Shown in pieces: positions 11,627 to 20,982 of a stretch of 64,000 bases of DNA. Both the position numbers and the translations under genes were made by a program. The stretch comes from Actinomycetota bacterium (GTDB lineage: Bacteria > Actinomycetota > UBA4738 > HRBIN12): NCBI GenBank assembly GCA_026003015.1, contig BPGL01000001.1, positions 1,006,717 through 1,070,716 of the forward strand, given 5' to 3'. The notes beneath the pieces were generated by a model. That model was not told where the DNA came from and made no database searches. It saw only the letters and a list, made by a program, of their open reading frames with translations. The stretch's first letter is position 1, and each line of letters opens with the position of its first letter.

Positions 11627-11754
11627 GCCTGCGCTCGCTCCTGGCCCGTCGTGCGGGGTGATCCGCACGCCCTCAATCCGGGCCAGCCCGATGCCGATGC
11701 CTACCTCGCGCCCGTCCGACGACGCCCGGACGGGCCCGGGAAGGGGGGATCCGC

Positions 11755-12663
11755 ATGGATCGACGCACGTTCCTGAAGCGGTCGGCCCTGGTCGGCGCCA
11801 CCCTCGCCGCGGCGCCGAACCTCGGCCTGGACAGCCTGGCGGCCACCCGGCGCAACGTCCGGTGGGGAGCGCTGTGCCTGCCGCGCTCGGGCCAGCGGGA
11901 CCAGATCGAGGCCGTGCAGGACCTCGAGGCCAAGGTCGGCCGCCGCTTCGACACGACGCACTACCGCCTGCGCTGGGAGCTCCCGCTCGTCAACGACTTC
12001 ACCCGCTGGAGCGTTCGGACCGGGCATACGCCGATCATCTCCTGGTTCACGCGCAAGCGGGGCGGCGGGATGGTGAGCTGGGAAGCGATCGCCCGCGGCG
12101 AGCACGACGAGTGGATCACGAAGCAAGCGCGGAGCCTGAAGGACGCCGGGTGGCGGGGCTACTTCTGCTTCCACAAGGAGCCGGAGAACGAAGGCAACGC
12201 CCAGGACTGGAAGGCGGCGCACGACCGCGTCTACCAGATCTTCCACAACGTCGGGGTCAGGTTCCGCTTCGTCGCTACCCTCACCGCCTACACGTTCGCC
12301 GGGGGCAACGGCGGCGCCGGCGCGTGGCTCCCGCCCCGCTACGACGTGATCGGGGTCGACGGCTACAACCGCTACCGGTGCACGAGGAAGGACTGGCGGA
12401 ACTTCTCGGAGATCTTCAGCCCGGCGCGCGAGGTGGCGCGACGGCGCGGGAAGAACCTGTACATCGTCGAGTACGGATCGACCGAGGGCGGCTCGGGCCA
12501 GAAGGCCGACTGGATCCACAACGCCCGACGCGCGATCAAGGATTGGCCGGAGGTCGTGGGATGCTCGTACAACCACGAGCACACCGACTGCCTCTACTAC
12601 GTGGACTCCTCGTCCTCGGCGCTCAAGGCCTTCCGCGAGATGGGCGCCGACCCGACGTTCTAG
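11755..12663 (+). CDS. Tat-exported glycoside hydrolase, GH26-like (clan GH-A)
   Basis: Twin-arginine MDRRTFLK; PIISW, FHKEPEN (acid/base Glu), DVIGVDGYN, YIVEYG (nucleophile Glu). Confidence 0.8.
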   Translation: MDRRTFLKRSALVGATLAAAPNLGLDSLAATRRNVRWGALCLPRSGQRDQIEAVQDLEAKVGRRFDTTHYRLRWELPLVNDFTRWSVRTGHTPIISWFTRKRGGGMVSWEAIARGEHDEWITKQARSLKDAGWRGYFCFHKEPENEGNAQDWKAAHDRVYQIFHNVGVRFRFVATLTAYTFAGGNGGAGAWLPPRYDVIGVDGYNRYRCTRKDWRNFSEIFSPAREVARRRGKNLYIVEYGSTEGGSGQKADWIHNARRAIKDWPEVVGCSYNHEHTDCLYYVDSSSSALKAFREMGADPTF

Positions 12664-13460
12664 GCGTAGCCGTAGCGGGCCAGCTGCTCGCCGGCGACGT
12701 CCTCGAGGAGCGCGAGGAGCTCCGCATCGAGGGTCGAGCGCCACTGCCCGATCGTCCCGCGGCGAAACGTTGGGCTGTCGGCCGAGAACAGCCGCTCGCA
12801 GACCCGTCGCACGAGGTCGTCGTCGGGCTCGAGCCCGAGGTGGCGGTAGAGCCCGGCGACGGCCTCGCGCTGGCGCCGTGGGTCGCCCCCGCCGCGCGCG
12901 CCGACGAGGTCCTCGAAGCGGACGACCAGGACCCCAGGGGCCTCGAGCCAGCCGGCGTAGTCGGCGAGCCGTCGACCGATCGAGCGCAAGCCGCCGCGCT
13001 CGTCCCCGGCGATCGCGAGCCGCAGCCGCTCTCGCTCGTCGGCTCGGGCCGCGAACAGGCCGTGTGCCCAGTGGTCGGTTCGGCCCATCGCGTAGCGGGC
13101 CTGGGAGATCACGACGTCGCGGGGGTCGCGGACCAAGAAGACGCCCCGCACCGCCCGGCGCCGCAGGTCCCCCGGGTAGGCGGGGTCGAACCGCAGGTGG
13201 GCCAGCACGACCTCGCCGGGTCCGAGCCGGGCAAGCAGCCCGTCGAGCCCACCCCGCCCGAGCTTGGCGCCCGTGATCGTGGGCAGGATCTTGCGGTACA
13301 AGCGCGGGTGCAGGCACAGCGCCCGCTCCACCAGGTGGGTGCCCGCCTTCGGGATGCTCACGCCGAGGACCTTCGGAGCGCTTCGGTCCAGGGCGCGGGC
13401 GCGCAGCTTCGCCGGGGTCAGGCCGAACCGCTCGAGCGTCCAGCGGTTCGCCGGGATCAC
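12660..13460 (-). CDS. Sulfotransferase domain protein (1 of 6)
   Basis: SIPKAGTH 5'-PSB, VRDPRDVVIS 3'-PB, VRFEDL, TFRRGTIGQW. Confidence 0.88.
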   Translation of the reverse strand: MIPANRWTLERFGLTPAKLRARALDRSAPKVLGVSIPKAGTHLVERALCLHPRLYRKILPTITGAKLGRGGLDGLLARLGPGEVVLAHLRFDPAYPGDLRRRAVRGVFLVRDPRDVVISQARYAMGRTDHWAHGLFAARADERERLRLAIAGDERGGLRSIGRRLADYAGWLEAPGVLVVRFEDLVGARGGGDPRRQREAVAGLYRHLGLEPDDDLVRRVCERLFSADSPTFRRGTIGQWRSTLDAELLALLEDVAGEQLARYGYA

Positions 13461-14482
13461 ACCTGCGCCTCGCGCGGCGCGCGATCCTCCTCGAGCAGCT
13501 GCCCCTCCCCCGTGCGCTCGAACGCGAGGACCGCGCGAAGGACCATGTCGACCGAGCCCACCGGATCGACGCCCACGGCGGTCTCCGCCGCGAGCACGAG
13601 GCCGTGGACGCCGTCCAGGAGGGTGTTCGCGATGTCGTTGGCCTCCGCGATCGTCGGCTGCCGACTCGTGACCATCGACTCCAGCAGGTTCGTGGCGACG
13701 TAGACGGGGCGGTTCCAGCGGTTCGCCCGACGCACGATCGCCTTCTGGTAGTAGGGGACGTGTTCCAGCGGGACCTCGCGGGACAGGTCTCCCCGGTCGA
13801 TGATGATCGAGTCGGCGGCGCTGATGATCGCGTCCATGTCGCGCACCCCCTGTCGACTCTCGATCTTGGCCATGACGTGGGCGCCTGAAGGCGCCAGCTC
13901 TCGCAGGCGGGCGACGTCGCGCGCAGATCCCGCGAACGACAGCGCGTAGTGCGCGATGCCGTGGCGGGCACCGAGCTCGATCGCCCAGCGGTCCTTGGCC
14001 GAGAGCGCCGGCAGGGTCGGCGCGGGCGTGACCGTCGCGGCCTTGTTCGATCGGACCCGTCCACCGGCGACGACGGTGGCCAGGGCGCGGTCCGGCTCGA
14101 CGCCGTCGATCCGGAGCCTAGCGCCGTCGAAATCGAGCGTGACCTCGGCGCCCTCCACGAGGCCCTCGAAGACCGTGGCCGGCCACAGGGGGATCCGGTC
14201 GCAAGCCCCCACGATCTCCTCGGGCGTGAGCTCGACCGACGCCCCTTCGACGAGCACGACGTCGGCGGCCATGCGACCGCAGCGGACCTGCGGTCCTTCG
14301 GTGTCCAGGCAGATCGGGACGTCGGCCGCCGAGCGCACGAGCTCGATCATCGGCTCGATCTCGGTGAGGGCGGTGTGGGACAGGTTGATCCGGAACAGAT
14401 CCACCCCGCGGTCCCCGAGCGCCGCGATCACGGCGGGATCGAGCGATGCGGGGCCGAGGGTGCACAGGATCTTGATCCTCAT
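13457..14482 (-). CDS. Pyruvate kinase-like protein lacking the C-terminal regulatory domain
   Basis: KILCTLGPAS, FRINLSH, LDTEGPQVR, AKIES, IDRGDL, ATNLLESM, AETAVG; only 341 aa, ends after the barrel. Confidence 0.85.
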   Translation of the reverse strand: MRIKILCTLGPASLDPAVIAALGDRGVDLFRINLSHTALTEIEPMIELVRSAADVPICLDTEGPQVRCGRMAADVVLVEGASVELTPEEIVGACDRIPLWPATVFEGLVEGAEVTLDFDGARLRIDGVEPDRALATVVAGGRVRSNKAATVTPAPTLPALSAKDRWAIELGARHGIAHYALSFAGSARDVARLRELAPSGAHVMAKIESRQGVRDMDAIISAADSIIIDRGDLSREVPLEHVPYYQKAIVRRANRWNRPVYVATNLLESMVTSRQPTIAEANDIANTLLDGVHGLVLAAETAVGVDPVGSVDMVLRAVLAFERTGEGQLLEEDRAPREAQV

Positions 14483-14554
14483 GAGGGCCCGAGTATAGGG
14501 AGGGCGCTGCGGCCGATACCTCGGGCGTTCGGCCGCAGGACGGGGCCGAAGGTC

Positions 14555-15352
14555 TCAGCGCGGTTCGAAGCTGATCCGGCCGGTCTTCTTCGCGAGGAGC
14601 CACGACGGGTTCCGCGCGTTCAGCCGCAGGCTGAGGGCCCGGCCGAGCAGGTAGGGCACGAGGCCCTCTCCCCCGTGGGCTACGCGGACCCGGCGGCTCT
14701 CCTGGCGCATGCGCTCGGGGTCCAGCGAGATCTGGCCCGGGTGCAGCCGGAACCGGCCCAGGACGCGGGGGAGGACGAGCGGAGGGGCGAGCTTCAGCGC
14801 CCGCGCGTACCAGTCGTAGTCGCCGCAGTTGCGGTAGGTGTCGTCGTACGGACCCACGCGTTCCAGGAAGCTCCGCCGCACCCACACGGTCTGCTGGGGG
14901 ATCGGGGACCAGCCGATCCCGAGGTAGGCGCGCAGGGACGGAGCGACGGGCCGCATGCGTCCGAGGACCCGGCCCGCCTCGTCGATGTACTCGACCGTCC
15001 CGATCACCCACTCGGCCTCCGGATGCGCGGCGAGGCCCTCGACCACCGCCTGCAGCGCCCCGGGCGCGATCTCGTCGTCGGCGTTGATGTAGCCGACGAC
15101 GTCGCCCTCGACGGCCGCGAGCCCCCGGTTGATGGCGTCGTACATCCCCCGGTCGTCGGTCGCGACGACCACCCGAGACGGGAAGGCGGCCGCGATCTCG
15201 AGCGTGCGGTCCTTCGACCCGCCGTCGACGATCACGTGGTCGATCCGTACGCCCTGCTGCCCCCAGATGGAGCGCAGGGTCGCCTCGAAGAACGCCTCGG
15301 CGTCGAGCGTGGGGGTGACGACGCCCACCGTCGTCGCTTCGTGGTCGGTCAT
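14555..15352 (-). CDS. GT2 glycosyltransferase (WcaE-like)
   Basis: VVTPTLD, IVDGGSKDRT, DRGMYDAINRG, YINADD, GDYDW. Confidence 0.9.
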   Translation of the reverse strand: MTDHEATTVGVVTPTLDAEAFFEATLRSIWGQQGVRIDHVIVDGGSKDRTLEIAAAFPSRVVVATDDRGMYDAINRGLAAVEGDVVGYINADDEIAPGALQAVVEGLAAHPEAEWVIGTVEYIDEAGRVLGRMRPVAPSLRAYLGIGWSPIPQQTVWVRRSFLERVGPYDDTYRNCGDYDWYARALKLAPPLVLPRVLGRFRLHPGQISLDPERMRQESRRVRVAHGGEGLVPYLLGRALSLRLNARNPSWLLAKKTGRISFEPR

Positions 15353-15377
15353 CGGTCGTCCTGTAACGTAGGGGGCC

Positions 15378-16304
15378 GTGTCTGCCCCCCAACCGATCCT
15401 GGTAACGGGGTCCCACCGATCGGGCACCGGGTGGGTGGGACGCATCATAGCCGCCGCGCCGGAGCCGGCGATCGCCTACCTGTGGGAACCGTTCAGTCCG
15501 CTCGCTCGACCGGGGATCCGGGCGGCCCCCTTCGATCGATGGTTCACCTACGTGTGCCCGGATAACCAGGACCGCTACGAGAAGCCCCTGCGGGACATGC
15601 TGGCGTTCCGCTACCGATGGGACGCGGAGCTCCGGGCGGTCCGCACGCCGAAGGACGCGGCCCGCATGGTCCGCGACGCGGCTCGGTTCCGTCGGTTCCG
15701 CGCGGGCTCGGCGGTCCCGCTGCTCAAGGACCCGATCGCCGTCTTCTCCGCCGAGTGGATCGCCGACCGGCTCGGAGCTCGGGTCGTCGTCCTGATCCGC
15801 CACCCGGCGGCCTTCGCACACAGCGTCCGGCGCCGTGAACTGCACCACCCGTTCGCGGACTTCCTCGATCAGCCGCTGCTGCTGCGGGACCTGCTCGGCC
15901 CCTTCGAAGCGGAGATCCGCCGGTTCGCCGACGAGCCGCAAGGCCTCCTCGATCAAGGGATCCTGCTGTGGCGCCTGATCCACCACGCGATCGCGCTCTT
16001 CCGCGAGCGGCGACCCGACTGGCTCTTCCTCCGGCTCGAGGACGTGGCCGACGACCCGCTCGGCCGCTTCGAGGAGATCTACGCCGTCCTCGGGCTCCCC
16101 TTCGGGGACCGCGCCCGCGCCCTCGCGATCGAGACCAGCAGCCCCTCGAACCCCGTCGACGTGAACGACATGGCCTCCACGAGACGCGACAGCCGCGCGG
16201 CCGTACGGAGCTGGAAACGCGGGCTGTCCCCCGACGACGTGGCGCGGATCCGCGAACGGGTCGAGCCCCTCGCGAGCGAGTTCTACAGCGATGACGACTG
16301 GTGA
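15378..16304 (+). CDS. Sulfotransferase (2 of 6)
   Basis: ILVTGSHRSGTGW, YLWEPF, LLKDP, LIRHPAAFAHS, LRLEDVADDP. Confidence 0.88.
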   Translation: MSAPQPILVTGSHRSGTGWVGRIIAAAPEPAIAYLWEPFSPLARPGIRAAPFDRWFTYVCPDNQDRYEKPLRDMLAFRYRWDAELRAVRTPKDAARMVRDAARFRRFRAGSAVPLLKDPIAVFSAEWIADRLGARVVVLIRHPAAFAHSVRRRELHHPFADFLDQPLLLRDLLGPFEAEIRRFADEPQGLLDQGILLWRLIHHAIALFRERRPDWLFLRLEDVADDPLGRFEEIYAVLGLPFGDRARALAIETSSPSNPVDVNDMASTRRDSRAAVRSWKRGLSPDDVARIRERVEPLASEFYSDDDW

Positions 16305-17727
16305 GGGCGCCGTAGGCGACCCGCTCGAGGCCTCGATCGAGGAGGTCGAGTCCGAGGCCGCGTTCCACTCGCTCCGCCGTCGGATGCTCCGCGGCTCGGC
16401 GTGGGTGATGGCCGGCAAGGTCGCCACGATCCTGCTCGGGGTCGTGATCAACGGGCTGCTCGCCCGGCTCCTTCGGCCCGAGGAGCTCGGCGCGTACTTC
16501 ACGACCTACGCCCTCGTCGTGATCGGGAGCACGGTCGGTCAGCTCGGGTTCGACCGCGCGGTGGTGCGCTTCGTCTCGAGCTCGCTCGGAGCGGGGGACC
16601 CGGGACGGGCACGCTCTGCGATCCGTCAGAGCCTCATCTACGGGTCGCTCGGCGCGGCCTCGCTCGGGCTCCTCCTGGTCCTCGGCCTCGGCTCTTGGCT
16701 CGCCGAGCACGTGTATCGGTCCGAGCTCGTCGGCCGGATCATGCCGATCGCGGCCGGGTGGCTCGTCGCCGCGGCGCTCCAGTCGCTGTTCGTCGAGACC
16801 TTCCGCGGACTGCAGCGCTTCGACCTGGCGACCGTGCTCGACGCGCTGCTCGTCGACGTCTTGTCCGCGACCATCTTCGGAGCGCTGTTCCTGGCCGGCT
16901 CGGATACGGACCTGCGATCGATCGCGGCCCTGTCGGCCGGCGCCACGCTCGCGGTCACGATCGTGGCCGCCGGCTCGCTCGCCGGGCGCGTCCGGGGCCT
17001 GGGCGGCGACGGCAGGATCGAGCGCCGGGAGCTCGTGGCGTTCGCCTGGCCCATGTTGATCACGAACGTGGCCATCCTCCTGCTCGGTCGGGGGGTCGAC
17101 CTGTGGATCCTCGGCGCGTTCCGGGGCCAGGAGGACGTGGCGATCTACGGAGCCGCCTCACGTCTCATCGTCTTCGTGGCGACGCCGTTCTTGATCGTCC
17201 AGGGCGTCACGCCCCCGATCGTGGCCGAGCTGCACGCGCAGGGCCGGATCCGCGACATGGAGCGGGCGCTGCGGGGCGCGGCGACGATCGCGGGACTGCC
17301 CTCGTTCCTGGTCCTGCTCGTGTTCGTGGTGTTCGGGTCCACGGTGATGGGTCGGCTCTACGGACCCTTCTACGCGCAGGGAGCGACGGTGCTGGTGATC
17401 CTCGCGATCGGGCGGCTCGTGGCGGTGTGGACGGGCTCGTGCTCCGTGGCCTTGATGATGACGGGCCATCAGCGCGCGGCGATGACGGTGACGCTCGTCG
17501 CCGGCGTCGTGAGCGTGGCCGGCGGCCTCCTCGCCGCTCCGCTGTTCGGGCGGGTAGGGGTGGCGGTGACCACCTCGCTCGCGCAGATCGGGCAGAACCT
17601 CGTCCAGCTCCTGCTGGCCCGTCGGCGCGTGGGCGTCTGGACGCACATCGAGCTGTCCCCCCGACCGATCCTCGAGTTCCTCACCGGTCGGGGGCCGGTC
17701 GGGCGCGGCGTTCGGAGGGGCCGGTGA
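16291..17727 (+). CDS. Wzx-type polysaccharide flippase (MOP superfamily)
   Basis: About 12-14 TM; LARLLRPEELGAY, VDLWILG, VAIYGAA. Confidence 0.88.
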   Translation: MTTGEGAVGDPLEASIEEVESEAAFHSLRRRMLRGSAWVMAGKVATILLGVVINGLLARLLRPEELGAYFTTYALVVIGSTVGQLGFDRAVVRFVSSSLGAGDPGRARSAIRQSLIYGSLGAASLGLLLVLGLGSWLAEHVYRSELVGRIMPIAAGWLVAAALQSLFVETFRGLQRFDLATVLDALLVDVLSATIFGALFLAGSDTDLRSIAALSAGATLAVTIVAAGSLAGRVRGLGGDGRIERRELVAFAWPMLITNVAILLLGRGVDLWILGAFRGQEDVAIYGAASRLIVFVATPFLIVQGVTPPIVAELHAQGRIRDMERALRGAATIAGLPSFLVLLVFVVFGSTVMGRLYGPFYAQGATVLVILAIGRLVAVWTGSCSVALMMTGHQRAAMTVTLVAGVVSVAGGLLAAPLFGRVGVAVTTSLAQIGQNLVQLLLARRRVGVWTHIELSPRPILEFLTGRGPVGRGVRRGR

Positions 17728-18725
17728 GCATCCGGCCGATCTTCGTGCTGTCGCTCCCCAGGTCCGGATCGACGCTGGTCCAGCGGGTGCTCGCCGCCCA
17801 CGAGGGCGTCTCGACCGCGCCCGAGCCCTGGATCGTGCTCCCCCAGGTCTACGCCCTTCGCGGGCGGGGGGTGTACGCGGAGTACGGCCACGCGCTCGCC
17901 GCTCGCGCGCTTCGGGACTTCGCCGGTCGGCTGCCCGAGGGCGAGGCCACGTACTGGGCGGCGATCCGCGGTGCGATCGAACGGCTCTACGCGGCGGCCG
18001 CCGCGCCCGGCGACCGCTTCTTCGTCGACAAGACACCTCGCTACCACTTCGTGGTCGACGAGCTGTTCGCGCTGTTCCCCGAGGCCGCGTTCATCTTCCT
18101 GTGGCGCAACCCGTTGGCCGTGGTGGCCTCCACCGTGGAGACCTGGGGACGCGGCCGGTGGATGGTCGAGCGCTGGCGCGTGGACCTGTTCGACGGGCTC
18201 GACCGACTCGTCCGCGCCCGCGAGCGCTACGCGGATCGCGCCCACTCGGTGCGCTTCGAAGACCTCGTCGCGCGGCCCGAGGCCTCCTGGCCGCCGCTGT
18301 TCGCGGCGATGGGGATCGACTTCGACCCACGATCCCTCGAGCGGTTCGCTGAGGTCGACGTCGAGGCGCGGATGGGCGACCCCACCGGGCGTCGACGGTA
18401 CGCGACGCTTGCCACCGAACCGCTCGACCGGTGGAAGGCGACGATCCACTCACCGCTGCGTCGGCGATGGTGCCGCGAGTACCTGCGCTGGATCGGCGCC
18501 GAACGCCTCGCGACGATGGGCTACCGCCTCGAGGATCTGCTCCGAGAGCTCGAGGACGTGCCGGTGAGGATCCGGCCGCTCGGGTCCGACGTCGCCCGCA
18601 CCGCCTACGCGCGCGCGCTCCGCTGGGGGCGGAGCGCTGCCGGAGGGCTCCTGTGGAACGCGTCGAAGGGCGGGCAGGCCGGATCCCGCTACGAGCGGTC
18701 GAACGGCCAGACCTCGAGCCCGTGA
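17724..18725 (+). CDS. Sulfotransferase (3 of 6)
   Basis: GTG overlapping flippase stop (GTGA); IFVLSLPRSGSTL, FVDKTPRY, LWRNPLAVVAS, VRFEDLV. Confidence 0.9.
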   Translation: MSIRPIFVLSLPRSGSTLVQRVLAAHEGVSTAPEPWIVLPQVYALRGRGVYAEYGHALAARALRDFAGRLPEGEATYWAAIRGAIERLYAAAAAPGDRFFVDKTPRYHFVVDELFALFPEAAFIFLWRNPLAVVASTVETWGRGRWMVERWRVDLFDGLDRLVRARERYADRAHSVRFEDLVARPEASWPPLFAAMGIDFDPRSLERFAEVDVEARMGDPTGRRRYATLATEPLDRWKATIHSPLRRRWCREYLRWIGAERLATMGYRLEDLLRELEDVPVRIRPLGSDVARTAYARALRWGRSAAGGLLWNASKGGQAGSRYERSNGQTSSP

Positions 18726-19663
18726 ACGGCGTTGCGGACGTCCTTCGTGATCGTGACCGAGCGCAGCACCTGGGGCGGGTCGAGGGCGTAGGCGGTGACG
18801 GTCGCCGGCGAGGAGCCGCCGACCAGGACGCCGTCGCCCGCCAGGGTCAGGCCCCGCCCGAAGGCGGGCCGCGCGAGGTCGGCCGGGAGGTCGGCGTGCT
18901 CCAGCTCGTCGCGCTCCGGGCGCGGGATCGGCCAGGAGCGCAGCACCCGACCCCGCCGGTCGACCTGGACGATCCGGTCCGAGCGCGTGTGGTTCAGCAG
19001 CGCTCCGCGCTCGTAGGGCCGGGCGTTGTGCGAGCCGTAGGGGATCCGCGCCGTCGGCTCGATCCGTTCCCCTCGGATCGTCCACAGGGTCCCGAGGCCC
19101 GTGCCGGCGACGTGGATCCCATCCTCGTCCACCGTCACGCTGTTGATGTGACAGGTGTCTGCGGCGACCGGGCCGTCGGGGGCGTTCGGATCGAAGACCC
19201 GGAACGAGGGGCGCGGGCGCAGCTCCAGCCGGCGGCGGATCCGCCAGATCGGGGCGAACCGCAGGTGGTAGCCGCGGACGAACCGGCCCGCGTCGAGGTC
19301 GTACTCCAAGACCGCGTCGAACCCCGTCGAGGTCGCGTAGAGGCGTCCGTCGCGCACGAAGATCTCGTGACAATGGCGCAGGTAGGGATTGCGGAACGAC
19401 CCCACCCGTCGGAAGCTGGGATCGTAGACGAAGATCTCGTCGCTCGCCGCCAGGTACACGAGCCCCTCGTGGAACGCGATCCCCCGCAGCCCTCGGTCCC
19501 CGCCCCGGCCCTCCCAACTGATCGAGCGGTCGTTCCAGTCGAGCACCTGCTCGATCGCGCCCGTGGCGAGGTCGACGAGGTACACGCCCCCGTGGCTCTC
19601 GCCCTGGTAGGCCGAGCGGATCACGGAGCTGACGACGACGGTGGGAAGCGCCGGGGAGGACAT
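18689..19663 (-). CDS. Cytoplasmic beta-propeller-like hypothetical protein (reminiscent of DUF4915/TIGR03032)
   Basis: RGLRGIA, HCHEI, CHINSV, GSHNA, FGRGL blades with conserved-looking His; no signal peptide. Confidence 0.6.
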   Translation of the reverse strand: MSSPALPTVVVSSVIRSAYQGESHGGVYLVDLATGAIEQVLDWNDRSISWEGRGGDRGLRGIAFHEGLVYLAASDEIFVYDPSFRRVGSFRNPYLRHCHEIFVRDGRLYATSTGFDAVLEYDLDAGRFVRGYHLRFAPIWRIRRRLELRPRPSFRVFDPNAPDGPVAADTCHINSVTVDEDGIHVAGTGLGTLWTIRGERIEPTARIPYGSHNARPYERGALLNHTRSDRIVQVDRRGRVLRSWPIPRPERDELEHADLPADLARPAFGRGLTLAGDGVLVGGSSPATVTAYALDPPQVLRSVTITKDVRNAVHGLEVWPFDRS

Positions 19664-19716
19664 CTCGCGCAGTATAGGGAGGACCGACTGGTATCCTCCG
19701 CTGTGGTCCGAAGGCG

Positions 19717-20982
19717 ATGGTGACCGACGCCCCCCCGCTCCACGCCGGCCGCACGCGTGCCCGCCCCAGCGACGGGTACCGCTACGCCCGCGCGCTCCTC
19801 GTGATCTTCCTCGTCACGGCCGTCGACGTCTTCAACCTCCTCGACCGCGCGAGCCGCGGCGGGCCGACCCGCTACGCGATCCTGCTCGTCCCCGCGGTCG
19901 CCGCCCTGGCGATCCGGACCCGGGGCTCCACGCTCGTGCGCCGACCCCGCACGCACGAACGCCTCCTGCTGATCCTGTTCGCCTTCGGGCTGCTCGGCAC
20001 GACCTACGGGATCGTGTTCCTGCACATCACGAGCACGGCCCGAGCGATCTTCCTTCCGATGTCGATCGCGATCCTCGCGCTGCTCGTCATCGAACCGATC
20101 CGCGAGGAGGAGGCGAGACGGCTCGTGCGCCTGATCGCCTGGATCGGGACGATCTACATCGTGCTGGGGGCGGTCACCTACTCAGGCCTCGCCGAGAGCC
20201 TCGCGGCGTACCGACAGTTCAAGAACGCCTCGTTCCCCTACACGATGCTCGGGATCAGCGCCGCCCTGCTGCTGGGGCACCGGGCGTGGGCGTTCGTGCT
20301 CGCCGGGCTGACCGCCGTGATCTTCTTCGGCTACCCGTCGGCCACCTCGGTCTTGATCATCTTGGTCACCGCGCTCACGTTCTTCGCGACGAGCACCCGG
20401 GCGTCGCGAACCCGCCCCTACCTGATCGCCGCCACGATCCTGGCGATCGGCGTGGCGGGCCTCGTGAACTTCAACTCGAGCGTCGAGATCGCCGACCGGT
20501 ACTTCGACGCCGTGGGCAAGCGGAACACCACCGCCGGCCGGCTGGAGTTCTGGACGAACGGCCTCGCGCAGTGGCGAGCATCACCGCTGATCGGCAGCGG
20601 GTTCGCCAGCGAGACCGTGATCGAGGCGAGCCGGAACCGCCGCTCCCCCTACCACAACGACTTCGTGCTGTTCCTCGCCGAAGGCGGGATCGTGGGGTGC
20701 GCGTTGTTCGTGAGCTGGCTCGTCCTGCTGCTGCGAGATCTCCTGCACCGGTACTTCGCGTTCGCGGACTCCGGCGCCGTCAGCCAGGCGCTCCTCGCTC
20801 GGCTCCTGCTCGTTGGCCTGGGGAGCTACGTCGTGTCGATGCTGTTCAACCCCGTGATCCAGGGGTTGTCACGCTCCGCCACGATCTTCGCCCTGGCCGC
20901 GATCTCCACCGCGCTCGGCCGGCCCGAGTCGGTGCCGGCCGAGACCGCGCTCGAGCGTCGATCGGCCCTCGTCCCTGCGTAG
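19717..20982 (+). CDS. O-antigen ligase / Wzy polymerase family membrane protein
   Basis: About 11 TM; GRLEFW...SPLIGSGF...YHNDFVLFLAEGGIVG loop motif. Confidence 0.85.
   Translation: MVTDAPPLHAGRTRARPSDGYRYARALLVIFLVTAVDVFNLLDRASRGGPTRYAILLVPAVAALAIRTRGSTLVRRPRTHERLLLILFAFGLLGTTYGIVFLHITSTARAIFLPMSIAILALLVIEPIREEEARRLVRLIAWIGTIYIVLGAVTYSGLAESLAAYRQFKNASFPYTMLGISAALLLGHRAWAFVLAGLTAVIFFGYPSATSVLIILVTALTFFATSTRASRTRPYLIAATILAIGVAGLVNFNSSVEIADRYFDAVGKRNTTAGRLEFWTNGLAQWRASPLIGSGFASETVIEASRNRRSPYHNDFVLFLAEGGIVGCALFVSWLVLLLRDLLHRYFAFADSGAVSQALLARLLLVGLGSYVVSMLFNPVIQGLSRSATIFALAAISTALGRPESVPAETALERRSALVPA

Noticed and set aside
11627..11754. c-di-GMP or other known riboswitch upstream of the GH26-like gene
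   Set aside because: Hairpins are present but I could not find the conserved motifs of any riboswitch I recognise
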